64,000 bases of DNA, from contig NC_088808.1 of NCBI RefSeq assembly GCF_011386835.1, positions 13,454,001 through 13,518,000 on the forward strand, read 5' to 3'. This DNA comes from Chrysemys picta bellii (taxonomy: Eukaryota). Below, piece after piece: positions 51,791 through 62,559 of this stretch. Under the pieces are notes generated by a model. That model made no database searches, was not told where the DNA came from, and was given only the letters and a program-made list of their open reading frames with translations. Numbering within the stretch: the first letter of the stretch is position 1; each line of letters opens with the position of its first letter. The position numbers and the translations under genes were made by a program.

Positions 51791-52810
51791 AAAAGTTTCT
51801 TTATAAATACTCTAACTGTACAAAATGACAGTCACGTCACAATGCTGGGCCTTGCCCGTAGAAGCCACAGACACGCTCAAAGCAGTTTCACAGAGTTACA
51901 GTGCTCATGCAGTCTTACAGACGTGTTTGTATCTCCCGGACATTCAGGAAGGACTCTGTTATGACAGCATTGCTGGGCAATCCTCCTACCCCCCCTCACC
52001 ATGGGGCTGTGACACCACAAGGGGAGCGGAGTAGGCTGCTATATGGTAATACCTCTCAGAAGCCACTGCTGAGGCTCTACCAGTAGTTTAAGGAGTTATT
52101 CAGCTGCTCTTTACTCTCCATTAAGTAGAGCATGATGGTAGTTTACATTACATTTGCTTCGAAGGGGGAATGTGTGGACTGGAGTCCTGTCATTGAGCCA
52201 ACATTTCTCATCACAGAACTTTTGTAAACCTAACTGAAGTGTAGACTGCAGGGAGGCTGCAGCCACAGGGCTGAAGAAACCAGATTTAAGCCCCAAAAGA
52301 AGCTTATTACCCTCCCCACAGTTAACACTGAGAGCAAGTCTGGGGATAGAATGGAGCCACCATGTGCTATGGATCTCCAGAACTGTAAGGCTTAGAAGCC
52401 CAGTTTACTGGGGGAAACGAGTCTGTGAGGTAGAGTTCTAGACAGTCCTCAGGACAACAGTCACCACTTTCCTTGGTAGTTGAATTGTGGCAAAAGGGGC
52501 CTATACATGAATGCCCACACTTGCAGCATAGGCTTCCCATACCCAGTTCTAATGGTGTCACTGTCAGCTCAGAACTGGAGCTAGAAATATCAACACCCCA
52601 TCTCTTCCCCTCACCCACCTATTTGCTGATGCAGCATCAGTCACAAAGAGAAAACAAGACAGACACAGAGAAGGGCAGAACATTTAACCACTGGAGGGAC
52701 TGCACAACAGCAAGTACCTTTTCTAGTCAAGTTTTACATTAAACCAGACAGTGGAGGTCCCATTGGAAGTAAAAACTATTTGACAGTTTGTGTCCAGCAA
52801 ACAGCAGGAA

Positions 52811-53007
52811 CTAGATGTCCGTGTGTGGTCCCTGCACATCAGCTTGCATGTTCTGCTCTTCACTCAGCTGCTGCTGGAACTCCAGGCGTGTCTGACGGTT
52901 GGATTCCAGCAGCTCCTTCAAGCGGGCATGCAGATGGTCATTCTTCTCCTCCAGGTGATCCAAACAGGAGTTGATTTGGTCCAGCATGGAGTTTATTGCT
53001 GCATATT
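52811..53007 (-). CDS. BBLN: Bublin coiled-coil protein (C9orf16), exon 2
   Basis: EYAAINSMLDQINSCLDHLEEKNDHLHARLKELLESNRQTRLEFQQQLSEEQNMQADVQGPHTDI*, nearly identical to the human core. T10-CTCCTTCCTTTAG acceptor. Total 94 aa. Confidence 0.96.
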
Positions 53008-54913
53008 CTAAAGGAAGGAGAAAAAAAAAATCCTGAATTTAAATTCTTGTACAACCACCACTCATTCTAAGAAGGTATCAGGCAGCAAGGCCTCTTGCAA
53101 ATATACCTCAGAACATACAAGGCAGGTCCTCTATCCCAAATGCATCCTCTCTGTATCATTTTACATCACATCTACTGGTGAAACTAGGTCTGTGGAAAAC
53201 TGGGTAGTTTAGGGGATTGGTAACATGATCTAGGATGTTTTAACTCTGTGTCACAGACCAGGAAGGAATTGCCATCTGGCAGCTGTTTGGTAATCTCTCA
53301 AGTAAGTGGTTAGGCTCTGGCCAGCTTCCACTAGACAGGGCTCCACACTGCAAGAGGGCTGAATAGATAAAAGCTGAATTAATCTTCACCCTCCCTAGAG
53401 GTGGCCTTGCCTAATCAGGGTACAGGCACCTTGAGAGGGTGCTGTTGAGAAGCTTAGCACAGAGAGTGTAACCTCCAGAGCTGCCACTCTAGGACCTGGC
53501 ACATGAGAATCTGGAAAAAGAATTCCAGAACATCACAGCAGCTGATGTGGGAGCAGGGGTAGAGGAAGAAAGGTGCAGTGCAGTGGAGACCCTGAGTGAG
53601 CTGAATAGGAACATCTCATAAGATCCTAAGGGAAAAAGTAACCAGAGGGATGAATGTGGACCAATTCTGATTTCCATGAACAGCACTTATCCCCTTAATT
53701 TCTTAAGTTTTTCACCCAGGTCTCAATAGTGCAGAGACCACATAGGTCTTGCTTTACCATTTAAAACACTGCACTAGGAAGCAAGGATTCATTATAAACC
53801 ACCCTGCAGGATATATGTATGTATCATGCCATACAATCAGCACAAACCAGGTCCAACAGGCCATTCAAACCTACTTGTGATGCTGCTTCTTCCCAGGGGG
53901 AGGGGGGGAAAAGCACTCACACCAAGCCCTGAGTAAAAGGAAAAATGTGGTTCTCATGTACATCTACAAAGAACACGATCTAATTCAAGCCTCAGGAGGA
54001 GCCACAGATTTCACTTCACACACAAGGTCAACCAGAGTTTACACGGAAAGAGAATTATTTTTAAATAGCTAGACCTGTTCTGCTGAACACAGCAAGGGGC
54101 ATCAACAACCAGTCCTCAAACAGCATTGTTTAGAATAACAGACCACAGTCTGAATGGGACTTCTCTGCAGCTTGCACTCAGACATAAGGAGCATGTATAG
54201 TGAAGCCGTTTTCAGCTAACAATACCCTGAAGACAAGTACTGGTTTTCCCAAAATCTTTTAGAAGACAGTGTGGGAAGTCCTTGAATAGCACATACCACA
54301 GCTGAAAGCGATTAATGCTATACCTTAATTCTGATACTACATTATTCTAAATTAAGTTGTGAAGTGACCTCCCGAGACTGGAATGCACGGGGTTAGAAAA
54401 CAGTGCAGTACCTGCTTCCAAACTGGGAGAGCTTTGTGGGACAGGCTAAGAGAAGTGATAGATTATTTAGAAAACTCATCATATCTCAGGACTTCCCACT
54501 CAAAGCTAACTCTAGAGATACCTGGTAACAAAAGAATCACCAGCTTCTAAGGATCTGAGTGATTTCAGGAGGAAACACCCTTGACATCTTCAGAATCTAG
54601 TTCTAAATTGGATGGACAGCTCAAATGGACCCAGCAGAAAGGATCTCTTGAGGCAGGTGATAGTCCATAAAGCTCAAATTCTCAAAGGAATTGTCATAGA
54701 AGACTAGCTAAGCATCCCTTTTTCATCAGAAGACAGAGGAAGGTCTGAAATATGATATTCCCTTCCTGGCTAGTAACTAGTTGTACTGGCGCTTCCCGGA
54801 ACAGTATGATGAAAGGCCTTTTTAGTCCTAGAAATCCTCCAGGATATTTTCAGGAAAGGCGCTCTTAGATTTTGTTAAAAGGCACCAAACTAGGGTGTTG
54901 GATGGTTTAGTCT

Positions 54914-56230
54914 TATAGAACCATAGAAATGTCGGGCTGGAAGGGACCTTGAGAAGTCATCAGGTCCAGCCTCCTGCACTGTGGCAGCACCAAGTAAATC
55001 TAAACTGTCCCTGACAGGTGTTTGTCCAACAACGGTGATTCCACAACCTCCCTGGGAAGCGTATTCCAAATCTTAACACACTTATAGTTCAGAAGTTTTT
55101 CCTAATAGTTAACCTAATTTTCCCTTGCTGCAAATTAAGTCCCATTATTTCTTGTCCTCCTTTAGTGGACAGGAGAAGAGTTGATCACCATTCTCTTTAT
55201 ATCAATCCTTAACATATTCGAAGACTTGTGTCTCCCCTCAGCCTTCTTTTCTTAAGACTAAACGTGCTCAGTTTGAAGAAAAAAAAAAAAGATTTCCTCA
55301 TAGGTCAGGTTTTTTAAGGCTTTTATCATTTTTGTTGCTCTCCTCTGGAATCTCTCCAATTTGTTCACATTGTTGCAGAAGTGTGGGGCCTCGAATTGGA
55401 CACAGCACTCCAGCTGAGGCCTGACCAGTGCAGAATAGAGCAGGACAATTATTTCCGGTGTTATATAGGATTCCTGTTAATATACCCCAGAATGATATCT
55501 GCCTTTTTTGCAGCTGCATCACATTGTTGATCATACTCTGTTTGTGATCCACTATAACCCCCAGATTCTTTTCAGCAGTACCACCACCTAGTCAGTTATT
55601 CCCCATTTTGTAGTTGTGCATTTGATTTTTTTTTCTTAAGTGAAGTACTTTCCGTTTATTGTTATTGAATTTCTTCTGGTTGAATTCAGACCAATTCTCA
55701 CATTTGTCAAGGTCATTCTGAATTCCAATCCTGTCCTCCAAAGTGCTAGCAGCCCCTTCCAGTTTGTGGTTCATCTGGAAATTTTATAAACATACTCTCC
55801 ATTATCCAAGTCATTAATGAAAATATTTAATACCACCAGACCCGAGACTGACCCCTGCAGGACCCGACCAGATCCTCCCTTCCAAAGAAAAGTAGGTTGG
55901 TTTGGCAGGATTTGTCCCTAACAAGCCCATGCTGGCTATTCTTTATACCCCACTATCTTTCCAAGTATCAAAGTGGGACTGACTGGGCTAGAATTCCCCA
56001 GGTCCCTTTTGTTCCCCCTTTTAAAGACAAGTGCTATGTTTGCCCTTCTCCAGTCTTCTGGGACCTCACCTGTGCTCTATGAAGGGTTTGAATATTGCTT
56101 TAGCTAGTTCCTTAAGTACCCTAGTATGAATTTCATCAGGCCCTGCTGACTTGAATACATCTCAATAGTCTTTAATCTGTTATTTCCCTGTTCCGGCTCG
56201 CAATCCTTCCCCCTTGTTAATATTAGTTGT
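54914..56230 (-). mobile_element. CR1 LINE 3' part with internal deletions, in BBLN intron 1
   Basis: Starts with the reverse-complemented tail ATAGAACCATAGAA. Degenerate ORF2 peptides LEDRIGIQNDLDKCENW...KVLHLRKKNQMHNYKMG (ORF 55592-55774) and FKRGNKRDLGNSSPVSPT near 55975-56025. Confidence 0.9.
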
Positions 56231-56359
56231 GTTGAGTATCATCATCATTAACCGGTTGGTGGGTGTGGGTGTGTGCACTGGGAGCAAGCCTGCTCGGGGG
56301 TCTATGGTTCATCTAGAGAGAAGGGGTATGCTTGGAGCAAGGGATTGGGGAAGGGGGGG

Positions 56360-57836
56360 GGACTCACCCCAGGCAATTGGGTGCTAGAAGCAGGGAGAGT
56401 TTGGTGTGGGGCATGTCTCTCCCCAGATGGGGGGTGCTAGGAGCAGAGAGGGGTCCGTGGCTCATCCCAGGTAGGGGGCTGCTGAGAGCAGGAGTGGGGC
56501 AGTGGGATCCGGACTCACCCCGGGTAGGGGGAGCTGAGAGCAGGAGGGCTGTAGGGGCCGGGCCTCACCCCGAGCGGGGGATGTTGAGAGCAGGAGAGGG
56601 GCCGGGCTGTGGGGTCCGGGACACCCCAGAGCGGGGGATGCTGAGAGCAGGAGGGGGGCCGGGCTGGGGGGTTCGGGACACCCCAGAGCGGGGGATGCTG
56701 AGAGCAGGAGGGGGGCCGGGCTGGGGGGTTCGGGACACCCCAGAGCGGGGGATGCTGAGAGCAGGAGGGGGGCCGGGCTGGGGGGTTCGGGACACCCCGG
56801 AGCGGGGGATGCTGAGAGCAGGAGGGGTCCGGGCTGTGGGGTCCGGGACACCCCAGGAAGGGGGAGCTGAGAGCAGGAGGGGGCCGGGCTGTGGGGTCCG
56901 GGACACCCCAGAGCGGGGGATGCTGAGAGCAGGAGGGGGCCGGGCTGTGGGGTTCGGGACTCACCCCAGGAAGGGGGATGCTGAGAGCAGGAGGGGGCCG
57001 GGCTGTGGGGTTCGGGACTCACCCCAGGAAGGGGGATGCTGAGAGCAGGAGGGGGCCGGGCTGTGGGGTTCGGGACACCCCAGGAAGGGGAAGCTGAGAG
57101 CAGGAGGGGGCCGGGCTGTGGGGTTCGGGACACCCCAGAGCGGGGGATGCTGAGAGCAGGAGGGGGCCGGGCTGGGGGGTCCGGGACACCCCAGAGTAGG
57201 GGATGCTGAGAGCAGGAGGGGGCCGGGCTGTGGGGGCCGGGACTCACCCCAGGAAGGGGGAGCTAAGAGCAGGAGGGGGCCGGGCTGGGGGGTCCGGGAC
57301 ACCCCAGAGTAGGGGATGCTGAGAGCAGGAGGGGGCCGGGCTGTGGGGTCCGGGACTCACCCCAGGAAGGGGGATGCTGAGAGCAGGAGGGGGCCGGGCT
57401 GTGGGGTCCGGGACTCACCCCAGGAAGGGGGATGCTGAGAGCAGGAGGGGGGCCGGGCTGTGGGGTCCGGGACTCACCCCAGGAAGGGGGATGCTGAGAG
57501 CAGGAGGGGGCCGGGCTGTGGGGTCCGGGACTCACCCCAGGAAGGGGGAGCTGAGAGCAGGAGGGGGCCGGGCTGTGGGGTCCGGGACACCCCAGGAAGG
57601 GGGATGCTGACAGCAGGAGGGGGCCGGGCTGGGGGGTCCGGGACTCACCCCAGGAAGGGGGAGCTGAGAGCAGGAGGGGGCCGGGCTGTGGGGTCCGGGA
57701 CTCACCCCAGGAAGGGGGAGCTGAGAGCAGGAGGGGGCCGGGCTGGGGGGTCCGGGACACCCCAGGAAGGGGGATGCTGAGAGCAGGAGGGGGCCGGGCT
57801 GGGGGGGGCCGGGACACCCCCGAGCGGGGGATGCTG
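56360..57836. repeat. G-rich minisatellite, unit about 56-58 bp
   Basis: Consensus GGGGGATGCTGAGAGCAGGAGGGGGCCGGGCTGTGGGGTCCGGGAC(TC)ACCCCAGGAA; about 22 well-conserved units plus several degenerate units at the left end. Confidence 0.97.
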
Positions 57837-57839
57837 CGC

Positions 57840-58320
57840 GGGTTCTTGTTCACTCTTTTCTTACCTGTCTCCCCGAAGCCGTCATCGTCCCCCTCCTCGC
57901 CCCGCCCGACGTTTCCCGCAGGCCCGTGCGGCTCCCCGTTCGGCCCCGACATGCCGCCGCCGCGCCCCTCCCGAGTCCCGCTGCTAGACAGGACCCCGGT
58001 CGCGGCCGGACTCCGAGACGCCGGAAAGCTCCGCCCCTTCCCCGGATGGAAGCAGCGGAAGGTCCCGCCCCCTGACCCGGAAAGGGGCGGGGCTTGGGTT
58101 GACCTAGCCATTCGCAAACTTCAGCCGGGATCCTAGGAAGAGAGGGGGGGGTGGATCATCTCCTTCCTAGCCCCGCCCTGCTCCAGGGTAAAGTCTATAG
58201 TTATGGGAAGAGAGGGGCTGCCCAAACAGTGCGGGCGGGAGGCAGGCAAGCAAATAGACTTTATAGGGGGGGGGGGGTGTCTGCCTACAGGGATGCGGGA
58301 TCGCACCCCCAACCTACCTG
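57840..58320. promoter_or_regulatory. CpG island / probable bidirectional promoter for BBLN and PTGES2
   Basis: Dense CpG, ETS cores (CCGGAA at 58021 and 58077, CGGAAG) and GC box GGGGCGGGGC at 58084-58093, between two divergent start codons. Confidence 0.65.
57865..57952 (-). CDS. BBLN: Bublin coiled-coil protein (C9orf16), exon 1
   Basis: MSGPNGEPHGPAGNVGRGEEGDDDGFGET, matching human MSGPNGDLGMPVEAGAEGEEDGFGEA. G|GTAAG donor, phase 1. Confidence 0.93.
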
Positions 58321-59142
58321 GGCTCTTATGTTCCTCCCTCTTTGTGTTCACTCTCTGCAGTCATCGCAGAGGGGTTTGCTGGCAGGATTTTACATGGGTG
58401 CAAAACATATTCAGCCAACTGAGGAGAGTATCTGCAGAAACCAAGTGTGACCTTGGGAGTATGAAGGTTCATACTCTCTGTGTTAAAGTATATTCCACAC
58501 TATGAAAATGTTTGAGAGCCCCTGATCCAACCTAGCAGGATTTTATAGCACTTGTCATCCTTGCATGGGTTATTACATTAAATGTTACATTCACTGCTAC
58601 AGTGTGATTATTTGTTCAGCTTACCTGTGCCATTTATAACCATTTCCAATCAGGGTAGTTCTTGGGTCCCATTATTGGAGGGGCAAATGGGTATTTTGGG
58701 GCCCTTGAATATCGCTATTTACGAAACAACCTTCCAGCAGTAATTAGACCCTTAGAAATACTTGGACCCTTCAAAATAAATGGTGGCTACTGAGTCAGTA
58801 TTTTTCTATGATTCTATAAGTGATCTAACAAATGAAATCTCTCCAATCTGCTCATTGCTTAACATTGTACAGTATAACTTTGTACATATTTTGGCTTTTC
58901 GGACAATGATGGTGGGGGCTTAGAAATCATTTGGGGAGACAAATGTTCTCTCCCTTATGCAATACTGCATCTGGGAAGAAATGATGGCACAGCAAACCAA
59001 CCAACCAACCAATCCAAAAACAAGCCCAGCAGAGGCGCTCTATCCTTAGGGCCTCCTCTGCTCTGGTTTAAAGCCTCTGGTGCTTGGTGTAGAGGCCCGC
59101 CCTCCCTGTTTTTCTCCTCCACTCCCCCCTCGTGGAGCGAAG

Positions 59143-59418
59143 ATGGCAGCAGCCTGCCGTGGCTGGAGGTGCCTGGGGCAGCTCCCGTGGAGACTGAGGG
59201 CTGCTGGCCAGGCGGCTGGGATGGGGCTCCTGCGGGCCCAGAGCAGGGGGTACTGTATCCCCTTTGGGACAGGACGCTATGCACGGGCCCGGGCACTGAA
59301 AGGCAGCCGCATGCTGGTGGGGGCTGCTTTTGCCCTGGGGGGCACCTTTGGCCTCTTCCAGACTCTCCAGTATCCCCTGAAGGCCCAGGAGCACCTTGCA
59401 GAGCAGCAGGCAGACAAG
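59143..59418 (+). CDS. PTGES2: Prostaglandin E synthase 2, coding exon 1
   Basis: AAGATGG Kozak context; MAAACRGWRCLGQLPWRLRAAG...RMLVGAAFALGGTFGLFQTLQY...AEQQADK, including a hydrophobic anchor segment. AAG|GTAAC donor, phase 0. Confidence 0.85.
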
Positions 59419-61261
59419 GTAACCTCCCGCCTCCCCCCTGGTAGGAATCCTGCTGGAAATCCAGGAGCCCCTGGCAGTCCCTAAGGACACCGGGCCCCAT
59501 GGTGTTTTCCCATCCCCCGCTTACAAATGATTCTGAAACGATACTCCTTCCCGTGCAATCTGGTTTTGATCCTGCCTCCCAAATAGCTTCCATTTTTGGG
59601 GTGCACACAGCTCTTGGCTCCCATCCTTCATGACATCTTAAGGGGGTGGCATGGCAGGGAGAACCTTTGAAAATGGTTTCTTCCTTACCCCGTCACAGAT
59701 TTCTTCTCCTATATGACATTTCTATTTTTGTTCATTTTCAGATAGTATTTTCCCCTCTAATGTCCTGCAGCTGATTCTCCAGATTAAAAGGCTATAATGG
59801 TCTCAAATGATCTGTGGCTGCTTTTTCTATTTACTGTCTCTGCAAATCCTTTTGTAGCTTTCCCTGGATAGACTAATTGCTACTTTAAAAACAATCAGCT
59901 AATGTTTTCCATGCCTATGGATGAATGACATGCTAAGTGATATAGAATATACAAGTGATGCCATCAGGTTACAATAGCCTAAACAAATAATGCCTACTAA
60001 TTTTACTAATAACTCTTGTGTATTAAAACTAAACACTTACAGACCCTGATCCTGCAAGACATACACACATACCTAACTTTAGTCAGTAGAAAGAAAATAG
60101 TCTTGTTAGTTTCAATTTTGTTTTTCGTCTGGTCACTTTCTGGTTCTCCTACACTAGCGTAATGTTGCAGTATTTGGGGGTGGCAAACCCTTCAAGAAAA
60201 GGTTTAAATACACAAAGAAGACTTTTTCTATTGATCGAAACACACACATCCTTAATATTATATGTTGTTAGGAAACAACATTTTAAAGTATTAAAATCTA
60301 GCCCTAAACTACCCAATATTATCCTCTTTGAGTAACTATCAAAATTGCTTTTAATGAATAAAAAGAAAGTAGTTGTCAAGTGTCAGGGAAAACAACAATT
60401 CTGTATGCTTACATAGGGCTTTCCGTCAACTAACGACTTCCCACAAATACCCTGAGGTATTATGGAAGTGAGAAACAAGGTAAAATGGTGGTATGTGTTT
60501 TATAATGTATGACTAATAAGCAAGGCACATTAAATGTCTGTTATGTAATTGCATTGTGCCTAATACTGATCCTTTATTCCTTGTGCACCCAGCATTCTCA
60601 GTGAAGATATGGTGTGCAAACAATTCAAGATCAGATTCTGTGTTTATATGTTCTCAACCAATACCTTGCAACCACTGTTACCCCAAACAAACAAAAGTCA
60701 TTGCTTCCTGGCATGTCACTGGTATTTTATTTATTTATTTTAATGTCAAATGTAGGGTTTTATACTGCTGCCCATTGCTGTAGTATTTGAGCATCTTCCA
60801 CGTAAAATAGATAACAATAGCAAAGTTTCTAGTGGACTTCACGGAATCTCTGACACCTCTCCCTTTGCAGCATAAAAACTCTGCTTGGGGGATGGGTTTT
60901 GGTTTTGATTTTTGTGGGTTTTATTACTTGAAGGGTTTTTTTTGTTTGTTTGTTTGTTTTTAAGATTGATTTGTTTAATTTTCTTAGGCTGGATGGTTGG
61001 ATTTTTGTGTGTAGAAAGGGGTGTTGTGAATGTCATTCTTATGATGGCTTGGTCCCTAACCTATAGGATTCAGTTGGCAAAACCATATATTCATAAGAGA
61101 TTGGAGTTACTACAAAGGGATAAGGGGATATTTAGAAAATTAGATATTAATTATACAAAAAAGTTAAATATTTATAATGTCATTAGAAGAAAATGCTGGT
61201 TAACCAGGGATGTGAGCTTTGATTTAGATGGCCAGATTATGATCTGAACACCCAATATTAG

Positions 61262-61591
<330 letters not shown>

Positions 61592-61935
61592 TAGCACTGG
61601 GTCACTAGCCAAGTGCAGGTGTAGCCTGTAGATTGATACTTTATTTCCAAGGGTGCTTCGCATCCTGTTCCTCATTTTATGGCTGTATACTTAGCTACCT
61701 CTTCCTTAGCCTCACTCTTATTGTATTTTGCTGAGCACTCACAATGCCCAATGTTCCCTAGCAGTGACAAGCCATTCTGCTGCTAGGGAGTTTGGGAAGG
61801 TGAGACTTTAAAGTCCCCTTGTCTTATTCTTCCCACCCCCATGCAGGATTCAAACAATTTGCACGGAAGTCAGTGGGAGTTACTTGTACTCTATGGGGGA
61901 AGAATTATGACCCAAGGACAAGTGTTTTAACCATA

Positions 61936-62128
61936 TACACCTCTAACCCAATATAACGCTGTCCTCGGGAGCCAAAAAATCTTACTGCGTTATAGGTGAA
62001 ACCGCGTTATATCGAACTTGCTTTGATCTGACTGAGTGCGCAGCCCCGCCACCCCCAGAGCACTGCTTTACCGCGTTCTATCTGAATTCATGTTATATCG
62101 GGTCACGTTATATAGGGGTAGAGGTGTA
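61936..62128. mobile_element. Tc1/mariner-type MITE (TA target)
   Basis: TACACCTCTAACCCAATATAAC ... GTTATATAGGGGTAGAGGTGTA, bounded by TA. Confidence 0.8.
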
Positions 62129-62155
62129 TTTTCTTACCATGCTGGTTTGCCCCCT

Positions 62156-62266
62156 GGAGGTTTTAACTCACGAAAGCTTATGCCCAAATAAATCTGTTAG
62201 TCTTTAAGGTGCCACCAGACTCCTTGTTGTTTTTGTAGATACAGACTAACACGGCTACCCCCTGAT
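62156..62266. mobile_element. Penelope-like element fragment, copy C (different subfamily, opposite orientation)
   Basis: CACGAAAGCTTATGCCCAAATAAATCTGTTAGTCTTTAAGGTGCCACC...ACAGACTAACACGGCTACCCCCTGATA. Confidence 0.8.
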
Positions 62267-62503
62267 AAATGGCTCAAACTGAAACCCACTTTGGTTTCTG
62301 CTGTTGGCCTGTCTAGAACAAGCAGAAGAATAGATATATGGCTGTAGTATAGCAGATTTGCCTATGGAAATAAACTGAAGTTAGGGAAGAAGGGACTTGG
62401 GGACTGCTTAAGCCCCAAAGGATTCAGTTGGCAGAGCTTGTTATGAGCTCCTCCTGCTTAGCTCCATCAACTTCTCTTCTTAAGTTTACATTCTATTTTG
62501 CAG

Positions 62504-62559
62504 CAACTGAATGACTCTTCAGTGATCATCAGTGCAATAAAGACCTATCTTGTTTCCAG
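62504..62559 (+). CDS. PTGES2: PTGES2 exon 3
   Basis: QLNDSSVIISAIKTYLVS(R), matching human QLNDSSVIISALKTYLVSG. TTTTGCAG| acceptor, AG|GTAAGT donor. Confidence 0.95.

Noticed and set aside
56360-57836. CRISPR-like appearance of the repeat array
   Set aside because: No unique spacers, eukaryotic intron context and no cas genes; it is a minisatellite.
56332-58117. Long ORFs of 236, 261 and 284 aa
   Set aside because: They are translations of the GC-rich minisatellite. Only 57865-57952 is real coding sequence (BBLN exon 1), closed by a canonical donor.
58955-59608. 217-aa minus-strand ORF
   Set aside because: Antisense shadow of GC-rich PTGES2 exon 1 with no recognisable features.
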